DNA from: a virus
Taxonomy: Duplodnaviria; Caudoviricetes
Strand: one strand, 5' to 3'
IMG/VR virus record: IMGVR_UViG_3300025909_000005
DNA: 64,000 nt
Position 1 is the stretch's first letter. Each line of letters opens with the position of its first letter. The notes below the pieces were generated by a model. The model was not told the DNA's origin and searched no databases. It worked only from the letters and a program-made list of their open reading frames with translations. The position numbers and the translations under genes were made by a program. Shown piece by piece: positions 52,926 to 61,966 of this stretch.

Positions 52926-53948
52926 ATGGACGAACTCACCACCAAGCCGAAGTCCTTCTGGGAACGGCCTGAAGGCACCACCGGCATGCTCGTCATCGGC
53001 GGCATCCTGGTCGGCCTCTTCTTCCTCGGCGACACGCTGATGCGGCTGTTCAACACCGCCATCACGCTCGTCGGCCAGGCGATCACCCTCACGATCCTCG
53101 GCTCGATCCTCTTCGCGCTGATCATGATCGTCACGAACAAGAAGTTCCAGACGCTCATCGGCTACATGTTCAAGTCGGCGATGCGGAAGATCACCGGCCT
53201 GTTCGTGGAGATCGACCCGATCGGCATCATGAAGTCGTACATCGAGGACCTGCGGAAGAAGCAGGAAACGATGGACGAGTCGATCGCGAAGCTGAACGGC
53301 CAAGTGAAGATCTGCCAGAAGCAAGTCGACACGAACAAGGCCGAGTACGACCAGCAGATGGCAACGGCAAAGGTCGCGAAGGACAAGAACATGACGTCCG
53401 CACTGACCGTCGCCAGCCGCCAAGCCGGCCGCCTGCAGAAGCTGAACTCCACCTCACTCGAGCCGCTGCTCCTGCAGATGACGATCCACCTGAAGGCACT
53501 GCGCAAGTACCGCGAGGTGACCGACACGGTGATCGCCGACCTGGCCAACGAGGTCAAGGCGCAGGAGATGCAGCGTGACATGATCCGTACATCGTACAAC
53601 GCCATGTCGACCGCCAAGAAGATCCTCATGGGCGGCACCGACGAGAAGGAGCTGTTCGACATGGCCATGGAATCCACGGTCAACGACTACGGCATGAAGA
53701 TGGGCGAAATCGAGAACTTCATCGAGAACTCGAAGGGCTTCGTCGACACGCTCGACCTCCAGAACGGCGTCTACCAGGAAGACGCGCTGAAGAAGCTGCA
53801 AGAGTGGGAGTCCCGTGCGGACAGCATCCTGCTCGGTAACGAGAAGCAGAAGATGCTCGAGCAGACGACGATGTCCTCGCCGGTCGCCACTGGCATCGGC
53901 CTGCCGGCAGCCGCTGACAACGACTTCGCCTCGCTACTGCGCCGCTAA
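52926..53948 (+). CDS. membrane-anchored PspA/IM30-like coiled-coil protein
   Basis: two N-terminal TMs, then IDPIGIMKSYIEDL (cf. PspA EDP..ML...I.DM) and a long helical region. Confidence 0.6.
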   Translation: MDELTTKPKSFWERPEGTTGMLVIGGILVGLFFLGDTLMRLFNTAITLVGQAITLTILGSILFALIMIVTNKKFQTLIGYMFKSAMRKITGLFVEIDPIGIMKSYIEDLRKKQETMDESIAKLNGQVKICQKQVDTNKAEYDQQMATAKVAKDKNMTSALTVASRQAGRLQKLNSTSLEPLLLQMTIHLKALRKYREVTDTVIADLANEVKAQEMQRDMIRTSYNAMSTAKKILMGGTDEKELFDMAMESTVNDYGMKMGEIENFIENSKGFVDTLDLQNGVYQEDALKKLQEWESRADSILLGNEKQKMLEQTTMSSPVATGIGLPAAADNDFASLLRR

Positions 53949-54053
53949 AATAGCTAACACGTTCCAGGTCGGTGAGTTATAATGACTCATCGGCCTTGCG
54001 CTGATAGAGAAGTCTGACAGGACTTAGTTTCATCAACTTTGTAGGAAAATTTC

Positions 54054-55727
54054 ATGGCAAAACTCAAGGCGGCCCCAAAGGCCATTCTGATCGCCGCTGT
54101 GCTGGGCATCGCCGGTTACGGCGTCCACGCAGCGATGAATGCGGGCTACTTCAAGCCGAAGGCAACCATCGCGTCGTCCGTCCCGGACAAGATCGACCTG
54201 CCGACCGCAGGCGCGAACTCCACCACGACCTCCGGCACCGTGATCGCCCCGATCACCGCCAACTCGGCCGACACCGTCAAGGTCGACACCCTCGCGTGGA
54301 ACGCGACGATGGGCATGCACTACGCCAACGGCGGCGTGGACACGGCGAGCGGCTCGCTCATGGACAAGCACGGCCTGAAGGTGCATCTCGTCCGCCAGGA
54401 CGACTACAGCAAGATGGTCGCTGACCTCGCGCTGAACGCCAAGGACCCTTCGCAGGGCGCCAACTTCGTCGTCATCATGGGCGACGGCTACCCGGCCTTC
54501 GTCAAGGGCGCGAACGACGCGCTCAAGCAGTTCAACACCTCCGCCGAAGTCGTCGGCTCGCTCGGCTACAGCCGCGGCGAAGACAAGTGCGTGATCGACG
54601 CGAACGCCTCCCCGAAGGGCGCCCTGATCGCCGGCGTGCTCGGTGACGGCGACATCAACATCTGCATCAAGTACGCCTCCGACAACGGCATCGTCGTCAA
54701 CAGCGACCCGAAGACCTACGACCCGAACGCGATGAACTTCGTCGGCGTGTCGGCCTTCACCGATGCTGACCAGAAGTTCATCGCCGGCGCCAGCGACCGC
54801 GGCCACACGATCAACGGCACCGCCACCTGGACGCCGGGCGACGTGAACGTCTACGACCACCACCCGAACATCAAGGTCCTCGCCTCCACGAAGGAGTACG
54901 CGTGGCAGATGCCGGCCGTCGTGATCGGCAACAAGGCCTGGATGGCCGCTCACCCCGACGTCGTGAAGGCCTTCCTCGCGGCTTCGTTCGAAGGTGGCGA
55001 AGCAGTTCGCTCCGATGACAGCGCCCTGCTGAAGGGTGCCGCAGTCGAAGCCAAGGTCTACGGCGAGCAAGACGCGAACTACTGGGCGACGTACTTCAAG
55101 GGCACCACGAAGGGTGGCATCGCACTGGGCGGCTCGACGACCAGCGGCCTCGCCGACAACGCCTTCCTGTTCGGCCTGAAGGGCAACGACAACCTGTACA
55201 AGAAGGTCTACGACGTCTACGGCAAGATCGCGGTGAAGTACTTCCCTGACAACCTGCCGGCCCTCGTGCCCTACGGTCAAGTCGTGAACACCACCTACGT
55301 GCAGGCCCTGCTCGACTCGGCAACGAACGTCGGTGAAGCAGCGAAGCCGGTCTACGGTGGTCAGAAGTCGGAAGTCGTGGCGAACAAGAGCTACAGCATC
55401 GAGTTCGAAACGGGCAAGGCGACCCTGAAGCCGGCGTCGATCGCGGTCCTCAACGACCTGCTCGACCAGATCGCGGTCTCCAGCCTGAGCGTTCAAGTGA
55501 ACGGCCACACCGACAACGTCGGCGACCCGAACGCGAACCTCGCCCTGTCGAAGGCACGTGCCGAAACGGTGAAGCAGTTCCTGATGGCCAACGCCAGCGG
55601 CAACTTCCCGTCGGAACGCATCACGACCCGCGGTTACGGTGACACCCAGCCGGTCGCCGACAACTCGACCGCTGCCGGCAAGGCGAAGAACCGCCGCGTC
55701 GAAGTCGTGCTCTTCAGCACGAAGTAA
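54054..55727 (+). CDS. ABC substrate-binding domain / OmpA-like peptidoglycan-binding fusion
   Basis: N-terminal TM, periplasmic-binding-type region, C-terminal IEFETGKA...GHTDNVG...NLALSKARAE...GYG...NRRVE. Confidence 0.88.
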   Translation: MAKLKAAPKAILIAAVLGIAGYGVHAAMNAGYFKPKATIASSVPDKIDLPTAGANSTTTSGTVIAPITANSADTVKVDTLAWNATMGMHYANGGVDTASGSLMDKHGLKVHLVRQDDYSKMVADLALNAKDPSQGANFVVIMGDGYPAFVKGANDALKQFNTSAEVVGSLGYSRGEDKCVIDANASPKGALIAGVLGDGDINICIKYASDNGIVVNSDPKTYDPNAMNFVGVSAFTDADQKFIAGASDRGHTINGTATWTPGDVNVYDHHPNIKVLASTKEYAWQMPAVVIGNKAWMAAHPDVVKAFLAASFEGGEAVRSDDSALLKGAAVEAKVYGEQDANYWATYFKGTTKGGIALGGSTTSGLADNAFLFGLKGNDNLYKKVYDVYGKIAVKYFPDNLPALVPYGQVVNTTYVQALLDSATNVGEAAKPVYGGQKSEVVANKSYSIEFETGKATLKPASIAVLNDLLDQIAVSSLSVQVNGHTDNVGDPNANLALSKARAETVKQFLMANASGNFPSERITTRGYGDTQPVADNSTAAGKAKNRRVEVVLFSTK

Positions 55728-55732
55728 GACCT

Positions 55733-55762
55733 GAAGGAGAGAGTCGGGAGACTCTCTCCTCT
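55733..55762 (+). terminator. 13-bp perfect hairpin (terminator or mRNA stabiliser)
   Basis: GAAGGAGAGAGTC-GGGA-GACTCTCTCCTTC. Confidence 0.7.
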
Positions 55763-55804
55763 TCTCGTTGTAGCTGACTACCCGTGTGGGTAATGGAAAA
55801 GACA

Positions 55805-56590
55805 ATGTTCACCACTCTCCTCGTACCGTTTGCGCAAGGCAGGAAGTTCAGCCTCAAGTTTCTTGCAGCGGTTCAACTCGCGATTCTCGCGGCCATCTGG
55901 GTCGTGTTGCCTGCCTCGACTGGCATCCCATCCCCAACAGACATCGGCTCGGCGTGGCAAACGCTGGCCACAACTCAAGGTCTTCTCCTTGAGCTCATGA
56001 AATCCGTGGTGGTGATTTGGGAGGCGCTGATCCTGTCAGCAGCATTTTCCTTCGGTGTCGCCTATCTCACCACTGCGGACATTTTCAAGCCAGCAGGCAC
56101 GATGATCGCTTCGATGCGGTTCCTCGGCTTCGCTGGTCTCACGTTCCTCTTCACGATGTGGACGTCGAGCGGGCAGAACCTCAAGCTTGCGCTGCTGACC
56201 TTCGGCATGACGGTTTTCCTGACCCGCTCCACCATCGATGACGTCAAGAGCATCCCGCTGGAGTCCATCGACTACGCTCGTTCGCTCGGCCTCCGAGGCT
56301 GGCGCATCACCTACGAGATGGCAGTTCGTGGCCGTCTCCATGCGATGCTCGACCTCGTGCGACAGAACGCAGCAGTTGGTTGGACCCTCATCGTGATGGT
56401 CGAAGGCCTGGTTCGCAGCGACGGTGGTATCGGCGCTATGCTCCTGATCCAAGGCAAGTACTTCAACCTCGCGTCAGTGTTCGCCATTCAGCTCACCATT
56501 CTGACGTACGGCATCGTTCAGGACATCCTGCTGAACCTTCTCCGGGCGATCGTGTGCCCATACACTGAACTGAACCGGAGCGACAAGTGA
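55805..56590 (+). CDS. ABC transporter permease, TauC/SsuC-like
   Basis: about six TMs; EAA-like loop SIDYARSLGLRG; EGLVRSDGGIG. Confidence 0.85.
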   Translation: MFTTLLVPFAQGRKFSLKFLAAVQLAILAAIWVVLPASTGIPSPTDIGSAWQTLATTQGLLLELMKSVVVIWEALILSAAFSFGVAYLTTADIFKPAGTMIASMRFLGFAGLTFLFTMWTSSGQNLKLALLTFGMTVFLTRSTIDDVKSIPLESIDYARSLGLRGWRITYEMAVRGRLHAMLDLVRQNAAVGWTLIVMVEGLVRSDGGIGAMLLIQGKYFNLASVFAIQLTILTYGIVQDILLNLLRAIVCPYTELNRSDK

Positions 56591-56754
56591 TCGACGACGA
56601 CGATGATGATGATGAAATCATTGAGCACGAAATCAACATCACGGTGCGGTTTCGTGGTACAATGTCAGAGTACGAGGCAGTTGCCGACTGCGTGTGCGAC
56701 GCTGAGTCCATGATCAGTGAATTCATCTCTCAACTCGGCTGCGAGGAACTCTGA
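56587..56754 (+). CDS. small acidic hypothetical protein
   Basis: GTGA-coupled; poly-Asp start. Confidence 0.45.
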   Translation: MIDDDDDDDEIIEHEINITVRFRGTMSEYEAVADCVCDAESMISEFISQLGCEEL

Positions 56755-57065
56755 TGACTAAGCCTTTTACCCCACGTGATGCAGTCGCCGCTCATGCGGA
56801 AACCATTCCAGACCTCGTGATCGATGTCGTCAACGGCCTTCTGGCGGAGGAAAGCCGTGGCACCAGCCGTCGCATCACCTTCACGTCGAAGGAAGTGTCG
56901 AAGCGTATCAAGGCCCTACTCCCAGACCATGTCAAGTTCGAGGACCGCTGGCTCGACTTCGAGGGCGTCTACCGACGTTACGGCTGGAAGGTGTCCTATG
57001 ACGGACCCGGTTACAACGAGTCGTACGATGGCTTCTACATCTTCGAGAAGAAAGACGAGGACTGA
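56754..57065 (+). CDS. hypothetical protein
   Basis: 103 aa, coupled. Confidence 0.7.
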   Translation: MTKPFTPRDAVAAHAETIPDLVIDVVNGLLAEESRGTSRRITFTSKEVSKRIKALLPDHVKFEDRWLDFEGVYRRYGWKVSYDGPGYNESYDGFYIFEKKDED

Positions 57066-57307
57066 TGGCCTACTCAACCCCTGGCGTCTCCATCTACTGC
57101 ACCATCTACGCGACGATCAACGATCGCGTAGAGGAGTTCAAGAACAAGAAGGGCGAGATCGAGGCGCGCACCATCGAAGGTGAAAAGGTCTGCGAGATGC
57201 TGAACGTCGGCCTGACGCCAGGCGCCTTCCACTCCCTCTACACCCAGTTCAAGCGGCAGCACCCGACAGCTGTCGTCCGCTTTGGCAAGGAATACAAGCC
57301 ATCATGA
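57065..57307 (+). CDS. hypothetical protein
   Basis: 80 aa, coupled. Confidence 0.6.
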   Translation: MAYSTPGVSIYCTIYATINDRVEEFKNKKGEIEARTIEGEKVCEMLNVGLTPGAFHSLYTQFKRQHPTAVVRFGKEYKPS

Positions 57308-58095
57308 GCACCACCCGACAGTACCGCTACGCCGATCGTCTGATGACGATCGAGGGACTCAACCTCTCGTACGGCAGCAAGACGATCCTTCGCGACATCA
57401 ACCTCGTGATCGACGACATCATCCGCCCAGAGATCACGCAGGGCCAATGCGTCGCGCTGCTCGGCCCCTCGGGCATCGGCAAGACGCAACTCTTTCGCTG
57501 CATCGCAGGCCTACAGCGCCCCACGTCTGGCATCGTCCGGATCAATGGTGACAAGGACCACGTGAAGGCTGGTGAGATCGGTGTGGTTCAACAGAGCTAC
57601 CCATTGCTCGCTCACCGCACGATCCTCAGCAACCTTCTGCTCGTGAACAAGGACAAGTCGAAGGTGATAGAGCTCCTCACTCGCTTCGGCCTCGAGGAGC
57701 ACGCGGACAAGTACCCCATTCAGCTGTCAGGTGGTCAGCGTCAACGCGTCGCGATCATCCAGCAGATGGTCTGCTCACGCCACTTCCTGCTGATGGACGA
57801 GCCGTTCTCGGGCCTCGACATCATCGCGAAGGACAAGGTCTGCAGCCTCATCAACGAGGTCAACCACGTCGACGAGCTGAACACGACCATCTTCACGACC
57901 CACGACCTCGAGTCCAGTGTACAGATCGCTGACCACATCTGGGTCCTTGGTCGCGAGAAGGACAAGCCTGGTGCCACCGTCATCAAGACGATCGACCTCA
58001 TCGAGCGAGACCTCGCCTGGTCACCGGACATCACGAAGCACCCCAACTTCCAACCAACGGTGAACGAGCTCAAGGAGCTCTTCAAGACGCTATGA
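57304..58095 (+). CDS. ABC transporter ATPase, TauB/SsuB-like
   Basis: GPSGIGKT, LSGGQRQRV, LLMDEPFSGLD, TTHD. Confidence 0.93.
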   Translation: MSTTRQYRYADRLMTIEGLNLSYGSKTILRDINLVIDDIIRPEITQGQCVALLGPSGIGKTQLFRCIAGLQRPTSGIVRINGDKDHVKAGEIGVVQQSYPLLAHRTILSNLLLVNKDKSKVIELLTRFGLEEHADKYPIQLSGGQRQRVAIIQQMVCSRHFLLMDEPFSGLDIIAKDKVCSLINEVNHVDELNTTIFTTHDLESSVQIADHIWVLGREKDKPGATVIKTIDLIERDLAWSPDITKHPNFQPTVNELKELFKTL

Positions 58096-58433
58096 ACGGC
58101 GACACATACCACTTCAAGGCGCTCAAGCGCCACCTTCGCGTCTCCTCTATCGACGGCATCACACCGCTCCGCTACAGTGAGGAAGGTGGGCCTATCGACG
58201 TCTTCGGCGATGGCGTAGTCGAGCACGTGCCTGAATCAGGGTTTGCAAGCTTCTCCTTCCTGAGCGGTGGGCGGTGGCAAGAAGTCTCGATCAGCTTCGA
58301 CACAGAGACCTATCACCGCCGCGGCATCAAGGCCGAGAGCGTGTGGCCCGCTCTCCGCGCCTTCAAGGCGGACTACGAAGAGCTGGTTCGGCAATTCCAT
58401 GGGTGGTCGCGCCCTCGTCTGGCCATCGACTGA
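58092..58433 (+). CDS. hypothetical protein
   Basis: 113 aa, coupled. Confidence 0.6.
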   Translation: MNGDTYHFKALKRHLRVSSIDGITPLRYSEEGGPIDVFGDGVVEHVPESGFASFSFLSGGRWQEVSISFDTETYHRRGIKAESVWPALRAFKADYEELVRQFHGWSRPRLAID

Positions 58434-58435
58434 TC

Positions 58436-58480
58436 AACCTGCGTTTGTGAGTGTCTAACCTGTCACAGGTTGCTTACAAT
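58436..58480 (+). promoter_or_regulatory. promoter with AACCTGCG and an AACCTGT-C-ACAGGTT palindrome
   Basis: TACAAT 58475-58480; CACAGGTTGCTTAYAAT shared with 41282-41298. Confidence 0.6.
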
Positions 58481-58506
58481 AGCTCATCAACAACCAAAAG
58501 GACATC

Positions 58507-59610
58507 ATGCCGAAGCTCAAGGTTCTCCCGAAGGCGCTCATCGTCGCTGCAGTCGTCGGTGGTGGCGCGTTCGCTGCCTACAAGTTCATGCCGAAGAAGA
58601 CCGAAGTGGCACAAGCCACTGAGACGGTCACGACCCCCGCTCCAGCTCCCGTCACCGTCGCGCAAGCACCGGTTCCCGCTCCCATCGCCCAGCCGCCTGC
58701 CGTCCAGAACGACGCACCTGCTGCAACCGAGGCAGCCACCATTCCCGGCCCGGGCGGCAAGCTCCCTGGTGCAGGCATCGCGTCCGGCCAGAAGACCGGC
58801 ACGAACTGGCCGATGGCCGAGAACATCGTCAAGGTCTGCTCGACGAGCGCCTACCCGCTGCGCAACGTCATCAGCGACGGCTCGATCGACAATCTCAACA
58901 AGATCTACACGGACCCGAACACGCAGTTCGGCATCGCGCAAGAAGATGCGATGGCCTACCAGAAGCAGATCGACCCGAAGATGATGTCGCGCGTTGTCGC
59001 CGTCTTCCCGTTCTTCTCGGTCGAAGTGCACGCGATCGCCGCCAACGGCTCACCGATCCACAACCTGGCCGACCTCGAAGGCAAGCGCGTCATCGAGGGC
59101 CCTGAAGGTTCCGGTACCTGGGTGACCACGCAGATCATCAAGCAGGTCACGGGCATCCACTGGCAGACCGTCGAGGGCAACCTCTCCCAGAAGGACGGCC
59201 TCAAGGCCGTCGAGACCGGCGCCGCAGACGTTGAGTTCATCGTCGCTGGCCAGCCGATCCAAGTCCTCACCGGCGCGAGCGGCATCCAGCTCGTCAACAT
59301 CAAGGATCCGCGTCTCGACAAGTACGGCTACTACACGAAGACGATGCTCCCGACGGGCACGTACCCATGGCAGAGCCAGCCCGTCTCGACCTACAAGGTC
59401 AACAACGTGCTCGCGACGTTCGCGTACAAGTCGCAGTACCAGAAGGAAATCGGCGACCTTGTCGGCTGCATCACGAAGAACATGGACCAGCTGCAGGCAA
59501 CCGGTCACCCGAAGTGGCGCGACGTCGACCCGCTGGACATCGATCGCGTGAAGTGGCCGGTTCACCCCGCCGCCGTGGCCGCCATCAAGCGTGAAGCGAA
59601 GCACAAGTGA
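58507..59610 (+). CDS. TAXI-family (TRAP-associated) solute receptor with N-terminal anchor
   Basis: SGQKTGTNW, SDGSIDNL, FGIAQED, FSVEVHAIA, DLEGKRVIEGPEGSGT. Confidence 0.8.
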   Translation: MPKLKVLPKALIVAAVVGGGAFAAYKFMPKKTEVAQATETVTTPAPAPVTVAQAPVPAPIAQPPAVQNDAPAATEAATIPGPGGKLPGAGIASGQKTGTNWPMAENIVKVCSTSAYPLRNVISDGSIDNLNKIYTDPNTQFGIAQEDAMAYQKQIDPKMMSRVVAVFPFFSVEVHAIAANGSPIHNLADLEGKRVIEGPEGSGTWVTTQIIKQVTGIHWQTVEGNLSQKDGLKAVETGAADVEFIVAGQPIQVLTGASGIQLVNIKDPRLDKYGYYTKTMLPTGTYPWQSQPVSTYKVNNVLATFAYKSQYQKEIGDLVGCITKNMDQLQATGHPKWRDVDPLDIDRVKWPVHPAAVAAIKREAKHK

Positions 59611-59804
59611 GCGAGTTCCGCGCGATCTTCGAAGGTAGAGGGCAGGGCTTGCACAACACAAGCCTGACCCTCGAGCTGGATGGCGAGGACATCTACTACT
59701 TTCGGGCCGACGACATCGGCTACAACGGACTCGACTCGATCGCGATCATGTACCACAACATCGCCGTCAAGCTCGGCCACACCTACGTGGAGCAGGATCG
59801 ATGA
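59607..59804 (+). CDS. hypothetical protein
   Basis: coupled. Confidence 0.55.
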   Translation: MSEFRAIFEGRGQGLHNTSLTLELDGEDIYYFRADDIGYNGLDSIAIMYHNIAVKLGHTYVEQDR

Positions 59805-60022
59805 GCGCCAAGTCTGAGGCTGCAGGAGTCGCCAGCAAGTTCATGGATCGCGCCATCAAGAAGCGTGAGAAGGAATGGAAAGAGGGTGATGCCTCCAACC
59901 CACCTCCACTGGGCTTGCTCATGACTGACGTCGCTGAGCTGATGGCGAGGGAGATCGTTCGGCTGCAGCGGAAGATTCACAAGCTGGAGAATCCTCCAGT
60001 GCCTGAAAGACCGTGGAAATGA
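59801..60022 (+). CDS. hypothetical protein
   Basis: coupled. Confidence 0.55.
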   Translation: MSAKSEAAGVASKFMDRAIKKREKEWKEGDASNPPPLGLLMTDVAELMAREIVRLQRKIHKLENPPVPERPWK

Positions 60023-60531
60023 AGTGGCCCCTCTTCTTTGCCTACATGGTTGCGTCGTACGTGGTTGGAACGTGGATCGGTGACACCTCTGACTCCATCT
60101 GGCTCTACGCGCTCATCACCGCACCAGGCACGTTCTTCCACGAGTCCATGCACTGGCTTACGGCAGCAGCGTTGCATGGCAATCCTGGAAGCATGCACCT
60201 GATTCCATCGGGTGACGCACTCGGGTACGTGGCTGTGGAGCCCAACTGGTACAACGCAGCCACGATCGGTGCAGCTCCACTCGTGCTCGCTCCCTTCGCC
60301 GGGCTCTTCCTTGGCCTTGCAACGAGTGCTGGCTTCTCGTGGAAGGCGCCGCTCTACCTGTACCTCGCCTGCTGCTCATGGGCAGCCTGCATTCCATCAG
60401 GCGCCGACTGGGAAATCGCCCGCTCTTCGGCAATTTCATGGCCAATTGCCCTCGTCATTCTTGGTTCACTCACCGCGCTTATCATCTGGCTGCTGATGCG
60501 CTGCGTGGGAACTCAGGATACAAAGCACTGA
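60013..60531 (+). CDS. membrane-embedded zinc metalloprotease, M50-like
   Basis: PGTFFHESMH (HExxH) within a TM; IGAAP; SGADW. Confidence 0.7.
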   Translation: MEMKWPLFFAYMVASYVVGTWIGDTSDSIWLYALITAPGTFFHESMHWLTAAALHGNPGSMHLIPSGDALGYVAVEPNWYNAATIGAAPLVLAPFAGLFLGLATSAGFSWKAPLYLYLACCSWAACIPSGADWEIARSSAISWPIALVILGSLTALIIWLLMRCVGTQDTKH

Positions 60532-60601
60532 ATCACCCTTTTGTGTTATAATGAACTAAGCGGTCGAACCGCGTCACCTACTTTCGTTTGGAGATTTTGA
60601 A

Positions 60602-61192
60602 ATGGCAAAACAACTTTACGTGTCGTCCGCGGTGCAGGTCGCACTACTCAAGGAAGTCCTCATTCCCGAGATGGCAACGGGCTTCTGGAAGGATCACCGC
60701 CCCGCCGACCACGCAGCGCAGTGGGCTGACGTCGAGATCCTGGTCTCCGATACCGACACCCTCGGCCCAGTCGACTTCAAGATCCCCCGCCTCTACAACT
60801 TCGTCAACCCCGACTTCATCAAGCCGAACGAGGCCAAGCTCGTGGCAGCAGCCCAGTCCGCCAAGGCGTCGAGCAACTTCCGCTCCGTCAAGAAGGAACT
60901 CATCGAGCTCTCGCGCATCGTCGGCGGCCGTCTCACCGACAAGAACGCCAACCCGACCAAGGCCAATCGCGGCAACAACAAGGTCGGCACCATCCAGGAG
61001 AAGTCGAAGGACATCGTCAAGGAAGCCGGCAAGACCGTGAAGAAGGTCAAGAAGGACACCGAAGGCGACGTCACCGTCACGAAGACGGCCAACGGCGGCA
61101 CCGTGATCCGCCGCGCGGTCACCCGTGCTGTCGAGACCACGGCCTTCTCCAGCCCGTTCGCAATGGGCCAGGCAATCGCCGACGGCCAATAA
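60602..61192 (+). CDS. hypothetical protein
   Basis: after TATAAT 60547-60552; strong codon bias. Confidence 0.8.
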   Translation: MAKQLYVSSAVQVALLKEVLIPEMATGFWKDHRPADHAAQWADVEILVSDTDTLGPVDFKIPRLYNFVNPDFIKPNEAKLVAAAQSAKASSNFRSVKKELIELSRIVGGRLTDKNANPTKANRGNNKVGTIQEKSKDIVKEAGKTVKKVKKDTEGDVTVTKTANGGTVIRRAVTRAVETTAFSSPFAMGQAIADGQ

Positions 61193-61202
61193 GGAGACCA
61201 AC

Positions 61203-61481
61203 ATGGGATGCTACATCAACCCGACCAACGGCCAAACCAAGGAGCAGTGGCTCGCTGAGCACAGCGACGGCCCCTCCACGACCGGCAAGGCTGGCATCAT
61301 CGTCAACGACTATTACCCCGTCTGCCTCGTCGACAACGGCGCGTTCACCGCTGCCGCTGTCTGCTACAACGGCAGCGAGCTCGAGACGTTCAAGCGCGAC
61401 GACGGCCGCCGCAAGGCCTGGTTCCAGGTCCACAAGGACGACCTCTACACGGTCTCCGATCTGGCCAGGTACGAGCGCTGA
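61203..61481 (+). CDS. hypothetical protein
   Basis: AAGGAG RBS. Confidence 0.7.
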   Translation: MGCYINPTNGQTKEQWLAEHSDGPSTTGKAGIIVNDYYPVCLVDNGAFTAAAVCYNGSELETFKRDDGRRKAWFQVHKDDLYTVSDLARYER

Positions 61482-61482
61482 C

Positions 61483-61686
61483 ATGATCACCATCACGTGG
61501 CATGACGTCGCCATCGCAATCTTCATCATCGGCCTCCTTGGCCTGATCGGTGGAACGTGGTGGATGGGTCGCCCCGATGACGACGTCGGTTCTGGCACGT
61601 CAGGTGCGCTGGGCGGCACCATCCTTCTCTGGATCATCTTCGTCCCTGTGACGATTGCTGGTCTCATTTCCATGTTCGTGTTCTGA
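61483..61686 (+). CDS. small membrane protein
   Basis: two TMs. Confidence 0.6.
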   Translation: MITITWHDVAIAIFIIGLLGLIGGTWWMGRPDDDVGSGTSGALGGTILLWIIFVPVTIAGLISMFVF

Positions 61687-61693
61687 GGAAACA

Positions 61694-61966
61694 ATGAGCT
61701 CTGGTCAAAAACAATGCGCTGAAGACGAGGACGACTGGGACGCCCTCAAGAAGAGAGCGGGCGTCGAGGATACGAACTGGCAGGTCTACAGCAACGAGGC
61801 GACTGCCGCCCGCCGCATCTTTCAAGCAGAAGGCTCCACAGGGATCATGCTGAAGCTGAAGGTCAAGCACGAGATCGAACGTGCAAACCTTCACCGCAAG
61901 CAGATGGATGAACTGCGCAAGCTCGCCGACGCCCAGGAAACCCTCCGCGAGATGAGCAAACTCTAA
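61694..61966 (+). CDS. hypothetical protein
   Basis: GAGGA RBS. Confidence 0.65.
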   Translation: MSSGQKQCAEDEDDWDALKKRAGVEDTNWQVYSNEATAARRIFQAEGSTGIMLKLKVKHEIERANLHRKQMDELRKLADAQETLREMSKL

